A DNA stretch of 60,501 nt, filler included, from Hausera hauseri (lineage: Eukaryota), in assembly GCA_046269625.1 (NCBI GenBank). It is 10 parts of 10 records of this genome, joined end to end, with 100 filler letters (N's around TTAATTAATTAA, not from the genome) between each part and the next. Parts side by side here need not be neighbours in the genome. Positions count along the whole stretch, not along the records: positions 22,535 to 27,527 come from JBJURY010368149.1; positions 27,628 to 38,938 come from JBJURY010108875.1; 8 more parts are not named here. One strand, written 5' to 3'. Both the position numbers and the translations under genes were made by a program. Positions 23,330 through 35,300 of this stretch are shown piece by piece. The notes beneath the pieces are model-generated. The model saw nothing but the letters and a program-made list of their open reading frames with translations, made no database searches and was not told where the DNA came from. Positions within the stretch are counted from its first letter, which is position 1. The number at the start of each line of letters is the position of its first letter.

Positions 23330-25532
23330 TGACTACCTCGACAGTTATATCAAAAGTTACAAAAATTACAGTTACATGTCCTATTTTTTGGTTCGCCGAA
23401 AGATCTTCATTCGTCAATGCTTCCGAATTACGAAAATGTAATTTCATGTTTACTGGAGAAGTACAACATGCTTGTAATTGGTAACAGGAAAAACCCTAGT
23501 TTGGAAACTATCACTAACATTGTAACACATAACATTTTGCGGTTATATGAAAAGCATCAATTCCTGTAGTCTCACACTTTAGGGTTGTAACAAAGATAAG
23601 ATCCTACTATAAAATTTATCAAAACCCAAAAAAATCGTACCAATGCGATATGAAGAAGCAGAATGACACGAATAGAGTAGAGGAATTTATGAGGAATGCT
23701 AAGAGCGAGCTTTCTGATATTGCTGCCTTCTAGTGCTCTGATTTCAACTCTTGTCAGAGCGAGAAATCTAAACGAGCGCGAGACTTTTTAACCGACCAGA
23801 GGACTTTAAGAAAACTTAGTATTTGGTCGAATGATTCTGCAGAGACTGCGAAAATCAATTAAAGAAGTGGAAGGCAGCAGCGCAATTTGCTTTGCAAGTC
23901 CGCCGAGGTTATAGAAATGCGGAATCGGCATTAACGGTTGATAATTCGGATGAATGACCACGTCCAGAACACTTAAAACCGGTAGATATGTTCGAAGGTC
24001 CATTTGATGGACAATCAACGTCTCAAGTGCGACTCCTTGCAGCCTCCTTGGTCAGTGACCGTTTTTGGGTGTCCGACCGAGCAACCGCAGCCATAGCGTC
24101 GAGCGTTTTGGAAGACATTGGCGTAGTTAGCGAGAGCGATCGTTCCTTCGTTGTCGACGAAAACAAAATTCAACGGGAAAAGCTCAAAGTCGGCACAGCG
24201 GAGAAGACGATAGGATCATTGGGCTTTACTTCGACTGCCGAAAAGATAAAATATGCACCAACATGAAAGAGGGATATAAATTCTACCGTTCAACTATTTT
24301 CGAAGAACACATTTCTCTTTTACAGGAACCAGAATTGACATATGTTGGACACGTGTCCTAAATTTGGGTCGGCGGCTAAAATCTTTAAAATCATTATTGA
24401 TTACTTTTCATCAACATAAGAAGTCCTGGCGGAACTGATAACGATCGGTTGTGACGGAACTGTGGTTAACACGTGAAATAAGGAAGGTGTAATTTGTCAT
24501 TTTGAAAATAAGCTGCAGAGGCAGTTGCAATGGTTTATATGCCTGCTTCATTTCAAGGAGTTACCATTTTGCAATCTATTCAGTCATCTCGACGGAAAAA
24601 CAACGGGTCCTCGCAACTACAGCGGACCGATAGGAAAACAGCTTCATACATGCCAGAATCTACTACTTGCAGCTTTTCGGAAGATCGACTGCTAATTACT
24701 TATAATCAACTCTATTGAATACCTGAGCACGAACCAGAAATATCTACTTGAAATTTCACAAGCAGTGCAGTCTGGCATTTGTTCCCCAGATCTGTTTCGG
24801 AAGGATCCTGGATATCTCTCCAACTCTCAATGGCTGACGGCTGCGAATCGCCTCCTGAGATTGTATGCAGCAACCGAAAATCCAACCCACAAACTACAAA
24901 TTCTTGCAGAGTTCGTCTTACGCGTCTACATTCTTGGGTAGTTCAGGATAAAGATAAACAGTTCGGTCAAGGGTGGAGTAAGGCATATCTAGGAAATGAT
25001 TAATTTCTCGCGATACCTAAGACCGGATGTGCTGAGTATAATCGACCTGGTGATAACACGAAACTCGTTCTTCGCTAACCCAGAAAACATCTTGTTATCG
25101 ATGCTGACAGAAGAGAGGTCGCACATTCGTAAGTTCGCAATCCGGGATTCTAGAAGCCAAACAGACCAGAATGAACAACCGGAGCTCAATCAGGAATTTT
25201 GAATTGCCGATCCTAAACTTCCAGGCATCAGACTACATTGAACTAATTGATTAGAGTTCCTGTGTGATTACACCTCCTCCTGCCTTAACCAGCGAAAGCA
25301 CCGAATACTTGAAAGTCTACTTCAAGCTGATGAAATTCCTCGTAACTGGAATTTCTATGAATTTCTCTGTCACACTCAAGCAGTGGAATGTTGCATAAAG
25401 ATGGTGACCCAGACGTGGGAGAAGGTTTGCCGTGCTGAAGTTTGAGATGGCTTCATCGGAGCTAAGCTTAAATCAATAAAAACATTGCCACAGTTTGAAT
25501 CAAAAAACCAATTTTGCACTACAGACATGTAA
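23330..25532 (+). mobile_element. Degenerate DDE DNA-transposon transposase (hAT-related, hATx/hATm-like)
   Basis: Across frames: VSDRATAAIAS, GCDGTVVNT, LQWFICLLH, LDGKTTGP..YSGPIGK, WLTAANRLLRLY, FFANPENILLSML, CHTQAVE. Confidence 0.8.
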
Positions 25533-26187
25533 TTGTTTCCGTAATATTTTTAGCAACACCACGAAACTGTCAGTCATTGTACATGGAAAGAGCTGAAATT
25601 ATAAATGTTGCAATTAAAAATTATATTATTTAATTTTTATGCCGCTTCAATATATTGACATTAAAATTCGCGTTTACAACAAAAATCTATATATGTTTGC
25701 GTATTTTTGACAACCCTATGTAGCAATTATAAAAGTTTTTTTGGTTGAAATATTTTTCAGTACTAAAGTATATGCTAAAAAAATTAATTTCCTTCTCGGA
25801 AGAATTGTTGCAATTAATATAAATGTGTGAATAAAGGTATCAACAATTTGCTGTTTTTTGCGATTTTTATCAATTTCAGGCCTCTTGCGGAAACTGTAGA
25901 CCTCAACCTAGAGGCTCCAAATTTTTGATGCTTTGTCCCCATACCCAATGGCAACTTTTCTGCACTATATGTTTTCCGGATTCGAAAATGTTTAAAATTC
26001 GGCCCACCGTAGTTAATGTAGTTTGAATATAATTGACACACTCAGGAAACTGTATTGTATACACTTACACTAATAAAACAGAACTATCTAAAATAATCTA
26101 AAAAGTGAAAGTCTAATATGCTTTTTTAAAACACGCTATTCGATCTCCGTATTTAAACAACGTTATTGCTGCTCCAACATCTTCTTT

Positions 26188-27527
26188 CTAAAAGTTACGA
26201 AAACGCAGAAGAAGGCGCCGATCTCGTCGCGGGCGCCCAGAAACAATATCTGCCACCGGTAGTTTCTCTTCCCCGTTACTATGAATCTTTCCGTCAGCAG
26301 CGTCACTGTCGGCTGTCGTAGGCTGCGTGGCGTCTGGATCACTTTCTGCCGCCGGTGCCAGAGAATATGATTCTCGGTAGTGTTGAGGTGCAGAGTGGTG
26401 GATGAGCAGCCATCGCATGATCCTCAGTGCTTGGAGGATCCGTTGTAAATCGGTGTATTGCAGCATTCTCTGAGGCAACTGTGCAACCAGCTGGTGTTGC
26501 TGTTGAACCTCGTGGAGGCCGAATGTGGACTTGATCTAAGTGCTACCGATGCACAGAACCGTCTTGATGGTCAAGCACGCGGATGATTCTAGCATCCTCT
26601 TTGCCACAGATGACACCTTGACACATGCGGTTCTCCTTGCCACGGAAAAACGTGACTTCAGTGGCATCCAGGTTCAGGATGCGTGGATTTCTTTCCGTAA
26701 AGAGTAAAGCAGGGGGTTGCCTCGTCAATGCATGCGCCATGATGCGGTATTGAAATAGGTAGTTGTCGATGCATTCTTCTAACGCCGTGAATGTAGGAGG
26801 GTTTGAAGAGCGTATACATATTTAAGTGACTTGACAAAATTCTTAGCTAGACCATTCGACTGGAGATGACGTGGAGGAGCAAAAACTTGGCAACAACCTA
26901 TACCTTTTAACCAGTTCTGCATTTCACTGCCTGTAAAATGTGTACCATTATCGCTGACAAGAACACACGGAATGCCTTCACGCGAGAAGAATTTTCTCAA
27001 AGCCATTTTCAAAAATGAGGCAGACGCAGACACAGCCACGAAAACTTTACGATATTTGGAAAAACTGTCAATGACCACCAGTGTATAGTATTTCCCGAGG
27101 AAGGGACCACAGTAATCAAAGTGAATCCTGTTTATTGCTTTGAAAGTGCTTGGCCAAGGTTTCCATGAACAATGAGACTTCGGTTTGGCTTGGCAGCCGT
27201 TACACAATTTGATGTAAACATCGATTTCAGCATTAAGCTCGGGCCACCAACACAATAATCGAGCAAGCGATTTTATTTTATCTCTGCCAACATGGCCTTG
27301 ATGTAGATGTTCTAACATAGCACTGCGGCATACTGGTGGAATAAAGACTCGCTGATGAAACAGAAGCACTTCATCCACATCTATAGAAAGTTCATCCCGA
27401 TACTTAAGTAGAACCGAGAATCTTTTCTTGGCGCTTAGACTCCATCCAGGTTTCAAGCAGTGGAGGACTGAACCGTAAAAATGACGTGTTTCCAGAATCA
27501 AGCGATTTCGGTCAATGGGCACCGGAT
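26188..27527 (-). mobile_element. Ty3/Gypsy (Mag/K02A2.6-like) integrase and 3' end, degenerate
   Basis: LH.GH.G..WWP..C..CQ, RIHFDYCGPF, VVIDSFSK, LVSDNGTHF, QSNGLA. Confidence 0.9.
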
Positions 27528-27866
27528 NNNNNNNNNNNNNNNNNNNNNNNNNNNNNNNNNNNNNNNNNNNNTTAATTAATTAANNNNNNNNNNNNNNNNN
27601 NNNNNNNNNNNNNNNNNNNNNNNNNNNTGAGATGGAAATTAGAATGTTAAATTGAATGTTCTGAATAAATATTCATCCGCTTAAATCGACTTTTTATTTT
27701 AGAAATTTAATCGGAACAGAGAAAAGAAAGCACATATCATTACTTCCAAAGTGTTTCAAATGTTTGCGATTACCAAAATATAACAATATGTTGTTGGTGC
27801 AAAGAAATATAACAAATAACATTTCAATGCACCAACAAAACCTGGTTATTAACTTTATATCATATA

Positions 27867-28394
27867 ATGTTATTAATTACTTGCGAGGATCAACGACCGT
27901 CATACATGCACGACAAAAGGACTACAATGAACATTAATATTCCAATGCTAGAAGATCTTCCTATCTGTCACACTAATCAGCAAACTGAACAGTTTGTTGC
28001 CACCTTTCACCAGGTTTATCACACTATGTTTAACCGGAGCTTCAATTTTGATATATCCACAAATTTCAGCCTTACAAATTGGCTACCAACGGTGCGGTCC
28101 TGTGTTGAACAACTTGTTAGACTTTACCAACACGGTATCATCTCATATGAAGAATGGCTGTGCACCGTAAATGAGCGAAAAACGCTACCTAACGGCAAAG
28201 TATGGCACAAACATTCTCTATTGTGTGACCTCAATATCAGTCGTACCTATACATGTTTGAACGCTAATATTCGAGGGACAGTGTATGCAGAACTTGATAT
28301 TTTCGTGGAGGAAGAGAACGTCAAAAGAGCACGCCTAGCTAAATTCAGTATGAAGAACCAAAAAGTACTTGAAAACTTGGCAGACAACGAGTGA
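27867..28394 (+). CDS. Hypothetical protein (175 aa), intronless
   Basis: Open frame with ATG and normal composition; no motif recognised. Confidence 0.3.
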   Translation: MLLITCEDQRPSYMHDKRTTMNINIPMLEDLPICHTNQQTEQFVATFHQVYHTMFNRSFNFDISTNFSLTNWLPTVRSCVEQLVRLYQHGIISYEEWLCTVNERKTLPNGKVWHKHSLLCDLNISRTYTCLNANIRGTVYAELDIFVEEENVKRARLAKFSMKNQKVLENLADNE

Positions 28395-28659
28395 GCCTGT
28401 ACATTATATCAAACTACATGTTTTCTATCGGCGATTTAATATTGCTATACCAATGACAAAACAAAGGTAACAAAGGCTTTCCATGCATACAAAAGACAGA
28501 GTCCGGTTTACTTGCAATATGTTGATGTAATGTTTTCTACCTGTGTACCCGAAACATACGTAACGTCTGTGGATAAATCCAAGAAGACTTTTAAGAACAC
28601 TTTGGCAAAAAATTTTAATAGAAAATTCGATCATCCGAAAGATACGTTAAATAATCAAA

Positions 28660-30200
28660 ATTCGGCGCCGATTTTCACCAGGCAATCGAAAGCCACTCTG
28701 ACGGTTGGGTTCTGCGACAGGGATGCCTTTACCCCGGTGTTTCGTCGCAGCTGCGGCGTGACCGAGGCATCGGCTGCTCGCCTAATGGCCGTGGGGCAGG
28801 CGTCTCAACGCTCGGGGTTACCACTCCACGCCCTAGGCACTCACTCGCCCACTATGTTTTCATTTGTCTTCCAGAATAAATATATACACATATATTACAC
28901 GCACACAAACCACACCACACCATTTGTATTCTCTTGTCACAAAGCACCTTCCCTTTAAAAACTTCTACTTGAATCTCAACGGATTCATTCTTCAACCCGC
29001 AGACTATTCACCTTATACCACAACTTTCCAATCTTCTCTTAACATCATAACCGTAACACCTCGCCTTCTTGGTGGTTTTGACATAAACCCAGATACGTCG
29101 GAGCATAAAAAAATTCACTCATACCCAGTCATAGTGATAAAATCACCTTCCAACTCCTCAACATTCCAGTGTATCGATTTTTTTGACAGCCAAAACTCCC
29201 CACGGACTTGGCTAGACTTCCATGCTCGTTGACTAAAAGCTCAAAATCTGACAGATTCTTTCTTAAAAGCCAACAGTCTTCTTATTTACATTCCTTCTTC
29301 TTTAAGTTTACGTTTATCAAATCTGGCGGATATCTTTGCTGGAGGGGACTCTTATAACTCACTTCATGCCGCAGTTCTACAGCTTACTGAATCATCTATC
29401 GATGAAATATTTCAAAAACTCTAATGAAAACGTATTAGATAACATCAAACCGTCCGAATTTCTTCGCACGTCCTTTTCACAGCTCAGCAATCTGGGTGTA
29501 ACTCAAGACCACAATGCTGATCTCTTACGTCACTACTTTCTCCAATCGCTGCTGAAAGAGATCAGGGCCCTGCTTACTGTCATTGAGGACAGTGCCTCGC
29601 TGGAAAAATTAGCCCAACTGGCGGATAAAATCTTTGATATACTACATACTCAAAATTTACTCAGCATTNNNNNNNNNNTACGTCGAAAACGTTGCATTAA
29701 GGCAAGCTATTACATCAATAAGAGACAAATTAAATCAAATTACAGTGCCGCGCAGATCTTTTTGCCACAGGGCGACAACTCCCCACCAGATCAAATGGTT
29801 CTTCGCGCAAAAGTTCTGTACGTGGCCACATCTGTTTTTTTCATTCCAAATTTAAACAACGCGCCAATAAATGTTGCATATGATGCAGATTTTATAATCA
29901 AAACTTTACATCAAATGACTCCGTCTGCGTTTATCACAACAAATTTCGCGACAATGCTCGCAAATGCCTACCAGGCTGTAAATTTTACAATTCTTCGGCA
30001 CAGTCAAACTTACCAACGCATTCAAAAAACTAACAATGCCATCAGAAGTAACGGAAACTTCTGGTCAAGATGCAAACGCTTCATTAAACAGACATACTGC
30101 ATTCTTTGCTGTCTTTACACTGCAAGCTACCACTACGTCCAAAAATTCTTCCATCACTTTTTTTATTGACACTGGAGCTGCAGCATCACTTCTGCTGGGA
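28660..30200 (+). mobile_element. Ty3/Gypsy family copy, 5' fragment (GC-rich leader, Ubl-Gag, frameshift site, protease start)
   Basis: ATG 28854 MFSFVFQN../..NFYLNLNG..ITVTPRLLGG (GG 29071-29076); Gag LLRHYFLQSL..IRALLTVIEDS; AAAAAACTAA 30024-30033; FFIDTGAA ~30160-30185. Confidence 0.9.
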
Positions 30201-31049
30201 CCCGAGTGTTAGTTGGGGAATCCGGTAAAAGTCCGTTCAAAAGTCTAAATTAGTATAAATAAAATTGTGCGTGGGTGTATGCATGAATATAGAATGTGTT
30301 ATAAATTTGGCCGATAAATATCCGAATATATATAATATAAATTCCAAAAGATTAGACTCGAAAACTGAAAAGTAAAATGGTTGACAAAATCAATTATATT
30401 TTTAAATCAAAAATTTATAACTTTAAATAACTATCTTTACATTATTTAAACAAATTTGTCCGCATAACACGATACAAATTTTCCTTTCTTTTCATAATTT
30501 GCCCTTAATAGAACGTTATCACTGCTCACTAATATACACACAAAGATTGACAAAAAATAATACTGTTAATTAACATAAACGGGAAAAAGCAACATTTGAA
30601 ATAAACGAGCCATTGATTAAAATCTGCCGAAGTATATTTACACATACAAAATATGATCACCGAAAGCAAGAAAAAAAACAAAACAAAATAATATTAACAT
30701 CGGATATCGTCAGTTAAAGAATATTAAATGCTTTAAACTTTACTAGTAAAGATATTTCAACAAAAGGTAGGAGATAGTCAAAACCATATCGTACGAATGT
30801 TTATTGATAAAATCAAAATATGACTTTGAGAGGTCGTCGAGGACATTCAAACTCCACAGACTATTTATTTTCATGGTATATATATATGTATAAATTAGGA
30901 GCTTGTTATTCATTGTACTGAACAAAATAAAAACAAAATATGATAAAGACTAGATATTCGATGAACACACAGAGACAGACACACAGACAAAACATTGTTG
31001 CTCGATCGAAAGTTCGTTTTGTTTTCGTTTTCTGATCAAATGATAACGG

Positions 31050-32267
31050 ATACATAGTATACACATTTATATTTGATTCCCTCTGACTCATGTTAACTGA
31101 TGTAGTTGAGCTATGGATGGGTTTCACCATACATTTCTTTTTATGATAATTGTACGATGCGTTCCAGAAATATTCTTTACCGCATTTTTCACAACAGTAT
31201 TTGGCTTGATCTGAATGTTTCCCATCGAGATGCTGTTTGAGACTGATTTTCGTCATAAAACGACTATCACAAAAGTCACATTCGAACGGTTTTTCATCAT
31301 GGAGATTGTATGAGACGGTTTGCGGTTGTTGAGGTTGAGAATGCCTTATTGGTTGTTTTGGCAATTGATCTTGTTGTGACGCAACGGTATTGGCTACGGA
31401 TGCTGCGACCGCTGTTATGGACTGGTTCAGTCCGACGTTACTGCCTTTAGTCGACGTTAATTATGGGAAACTTGACATTGACTGTGTGTTAACTGCTGAA
31501 CTAGGCGGTAACAAATTCTGAATGAGATTGTGAACGTTCCCGCTGACACTTTGCATATTTGACATCAACTGACTGTGTTGAAGAGACTTGTAGTCGATGA
31601 TTTTCTGAAGTAACGTTGCTCGAGCAACCTGGAAACAAGTTCGTTTGTGTTCGTATATATTCGACAGGATATTTGTTTTGAACCCGCAAACGCACTGTTC
31701 GGCAACCTTATGGGAAAAGACTTTTTGCGACGGTTGCATCCGAGAGTCCGGACGACTGAACGAACTGGATATTGCAGAATAACTAAAATTTGACTGTTTC
31801 GAGTCTTGAGATTTATGGAGTGCTAATTTTCGTTTACTGCAATGCTGTTTGTGGGTGTAGAATTAGGGAGGCCATCGGAAACGACGGCCGCAATATTTGC
31901 ATTTGTGCCGCGGTGGAAAATGCAAGTGTTTGTGCTGACCGAGCAAACCTTTGGATTTAAAATTCTTTTTGCAATGTTCACATTCGTACACTTTGCCGGA
32001 CTTTTTTGCTTGGTCTTAATTGCCTAGTGATGAGGTACTAACAGACGGACTGCTATTTGCAACAGTGATTGGAAGACGTCCTTTGTCGTTATTGAAAGCA
32101 GATGAATTGTGAAAATCGAAATTGATAGCGTTAATTGAGTAATCGGTAATGACTGTCGAGGATGAATCTTTATTTAAGAGATGGTTTTCGCTTTTAAATT
32201 GATGACATACTAAAATGGGAATTCGATTGACAGAGTCGAGTATTATAATTGTTCGGATCTGAACTGT
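31050..32267 (-). pseudogene. C2H2 zinc-finger protein (five fingers) with three in-frame TAA stops
   Basis: One frame: YECEHC..HKHLH, KCKYC..HKQHC, CVCG..HKRTC, FECDFC..HLDGKH, YCCEKC..HKKKC; TAA at 32016, 31863, 31461. Confidence 0.85.
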
Positions 32268-32382
32268 TCATGGGAAAGAAATGAAATTTTACATACATAG
32301 AATTTAAATAATTTTCTGTTTACATTCAGCTATTAGAATTTTCTTCATTGCAGCTAAGAGTAGGAATATCAGAGCCCGCCTA

Positions 32383-35300
32383 TGTGGCCGACGCACCGGC
32401 AGTGGACGCCCGGCCGTGTCCAACCGAATGGGTCTGAGGGCGACGGTCAATGTAGGCACCACATCACCACCCCCCAGTGACAAAGTTAAAACTATGAAGA
32501 GTAAAAGGATAGAGAGAAAAAATTGCAAAACGAAAAGTGTTTGTGTCAGCTGAGCTTAATGGGAATAAGACGTTCGGTACCTTCGACTGATTTTCCCCTG
32601 CTATACTTGCTGTATGTGACTTTGCGTGTTGTGTCTTTATTAAGATTGAGGTTGGGGAAAGAATTTGTAGATTTTGGTGTAGGTGTTGTGTCGTGCTAAG
32701 ATGAGTCGGAATAAAGAGAAGAAGAGGGAGAAGAAGGAAGAGGGATTGTTGAAGACGGGTGGTTAAAGGCATTGAAAAGAGCGTTACAAGATGAAGGAGT
32801 GATGACAGGTGTATTGGCGGATAAAGAATGAGAGGAAAAGTTGGAGTAGAGTTTGGAATTGTGTTGAGTAAGAGTGGAGGAGGAAGATAATACAGAGGGA
32901 GTGGTAGGAATAGAAGTAGGAAGTGTAGAAAATGATAAAGCAGGACTAGTCGTAGAAGAGGAAGGTGGAAATGGTGCAGCAATAGATATCTTGATAGCAG
33001 GGAGTGGAGGAATGTGAAAAGAGGTTGACGTGTCGATTGGTAGGGTGTCGTTGACAAATAAAGCGGGCTTTAAGTTGATAATATGTACTGCAAGTTCTTT
33101 GCCGTCTTTAGAGATAATGGTGTTGTGTGAGTGTAGCTGTATCACTTTGTAGGGTCCCAGGTACCGTGGTTGGAAAACCCAATGCGCTTGGTTCTTTAGC
33201 CATACGAATTTTGCCCAATACAAATCTTTGGGTAAGTATTTTCTATCTTTCTGAAGCAGCCTGCAGACTGTGTCTTTGCTGAACTCGACGAAGTGATTTT
33301 TGCGCCGCCCGTATCGTCTCATCCGTAGCAGTGTCGTCTAGGGCGGTTAGTTCGAATAATTATCGTACAGGAGCTCCGAACAAGGCTTTAGTAGGTGAGC
33401 ATCCTGTAGAAGTGGACGGAATGTTCCGCCAGCCGAGCAGAACGAAAAGAAGAAGATTCATCCAACTAATGTTGGACTCTGCAAGGATTCGTAGTGACGT
33501 TTTCAATGTTCGGTGGAAACATTCAAGAAGGTCATTCAATTGGGGTGATAAGGCGTGGTATGTGTGCGATGTATCCCCAATCGGTTAACAATGGATTTGA
33601 ACATGCTGGATTCAAACTCTAAACCCTGCTCCGTGATGATGAAACGAGGTGATCCCAACCTGCTAATTCATGTGCGAATGAAAACGTCAGTTATAGTGTC
33701 AGTAATTATGCTCTGCAGATGTATGGCTTCTGGCCATGGCGAGGAACCGTCCATCATGGTGATGAGGAATTGATGACCGTTGTCTGGAGGAAGAGGGCCA
33801 ACGATGTCGATATGCACGGATTCGAAACGCAATGTGCAGGGAAAGTGGAATAGTGATGGCTTTAAATGCTTAGCTGTTTTGTATTTTTGGCAAGCCACAC
33901 ACTCCTTAACGCATGCCTGCACATAAGAATGCATTGACGGCCATGGTACTTGTCGATGGAGTAGACGAAAAGTGGCTTTAGCACCAGGATTGTGTAGTGA
34001 ACGCACGTTGTGAAAAGCTTGCCTTTGCAATGATGGTGCTAGAATTATTCCGGAATGGCCTGGTTTGGAGGTGTTTAAAGCCACGCCGTCAACAATTGTA
34101 AAAGACGTAAAAGACTTAAGCATGTCTTGAGGTGGCTGGTTCTGTTTAAGTTGATCTAGCGTAAAAATGGGAGAAAAATTAATCGAACTAACCAACCTAG
34201 ATAAAAAATCAGCAATCAAATTGTTAACCCCGTTAATGTGTTTAATATCGAAGTTGAATGTCAATAAGTATGATATTTGTCGTTCTTGGCGTGTGGCAGG
34301 TGTTTCATGGCCATGATGTTAAGTAAGGGTTTGTCATCAGTTTGTAAAGTGAAATGACGAGCGACCAGTAGGTGTGAGAAATGCTTTAAAGCGAGAACGA
34401 TGGCTAATAGTTCACGGTCTAACGTGGAATATCTGGTTTCAAGTGCTGTCAGCTTGCGAGAGAAAAATTCTAATGGTTGATTTTCTTTCTTGTGGATTTG
34501 GTGGAGTACAGCGCCTACAGCAGTGTTTAACGCGTCTGTAGTAAGGATGAGTTCTGCATCAGGCTTCGGAAAAGCTAGAATATCGACGGTTTGGATTCCT
34601 TCGCATAGCATGTCAAATTTGTCAACCAATTCTAATGTCCACTGGATTGGCTGATGTTTTTTGTTGCCGCTTAGGTGTGCAAATGGTGCTGTCAATTAGG
34701 AGCAATATGGTATATATTTATGTACAAAGTGTAGTGTACCAAGGAAGCTACGCATTTCGGTGGTCGTCCGTGGCAACTGGATGTTTTAAGAGTTTCGACT
34801 CGGTCTAATTGCAGGGAATGACCGTCTGGTGTAATAGCATGGAATAAAAAGTTAATGCGCTTTTTGAAAAAATGGCATTTGTCGAAATTGACTTAGAGGT
34901 TATGGTGGTTAAGACGTTGGAGTATTGAGAGAAGATGTTCCTCATGTTATTTGGCCGAGGATGAAACGACTAGGATATCATCAATATAAGGGTGTGCAAA
35001 CGGGAAATCGGAAAGAATTGAATCGATGTGCCTCTGAAAAGTTTGTGCGGCATTTCGCAAACCGAATGGCATAAACAGGTATTCGTAGAGGCCAAAAGGA
35101 GTAGTTACTGCAGTTTTTTCTATGCCTTTGAGTGCTACCGGTATTTGATGGTATGCTTTAGCTAAATCAATGGTTGAATATTTGGTGGTTGAATTAAGAC
35201 GATTCGAAATATCCTTGATGAGTGGTAAAGGGTATGCATCCATGATAGTCAAGTTGTTAAGCTGTCGGTAGCCACCGAATGGTCTAAAAGTATCGTCCTT

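Noticed and set aside
31461-32018. Nuclear TAA=Gln reassignment
   Set aside because: FEN1 ends with TAA at the expected C-terminus, and the 362-aa Gln-containing UBR5 ORF has no in-frame TAA
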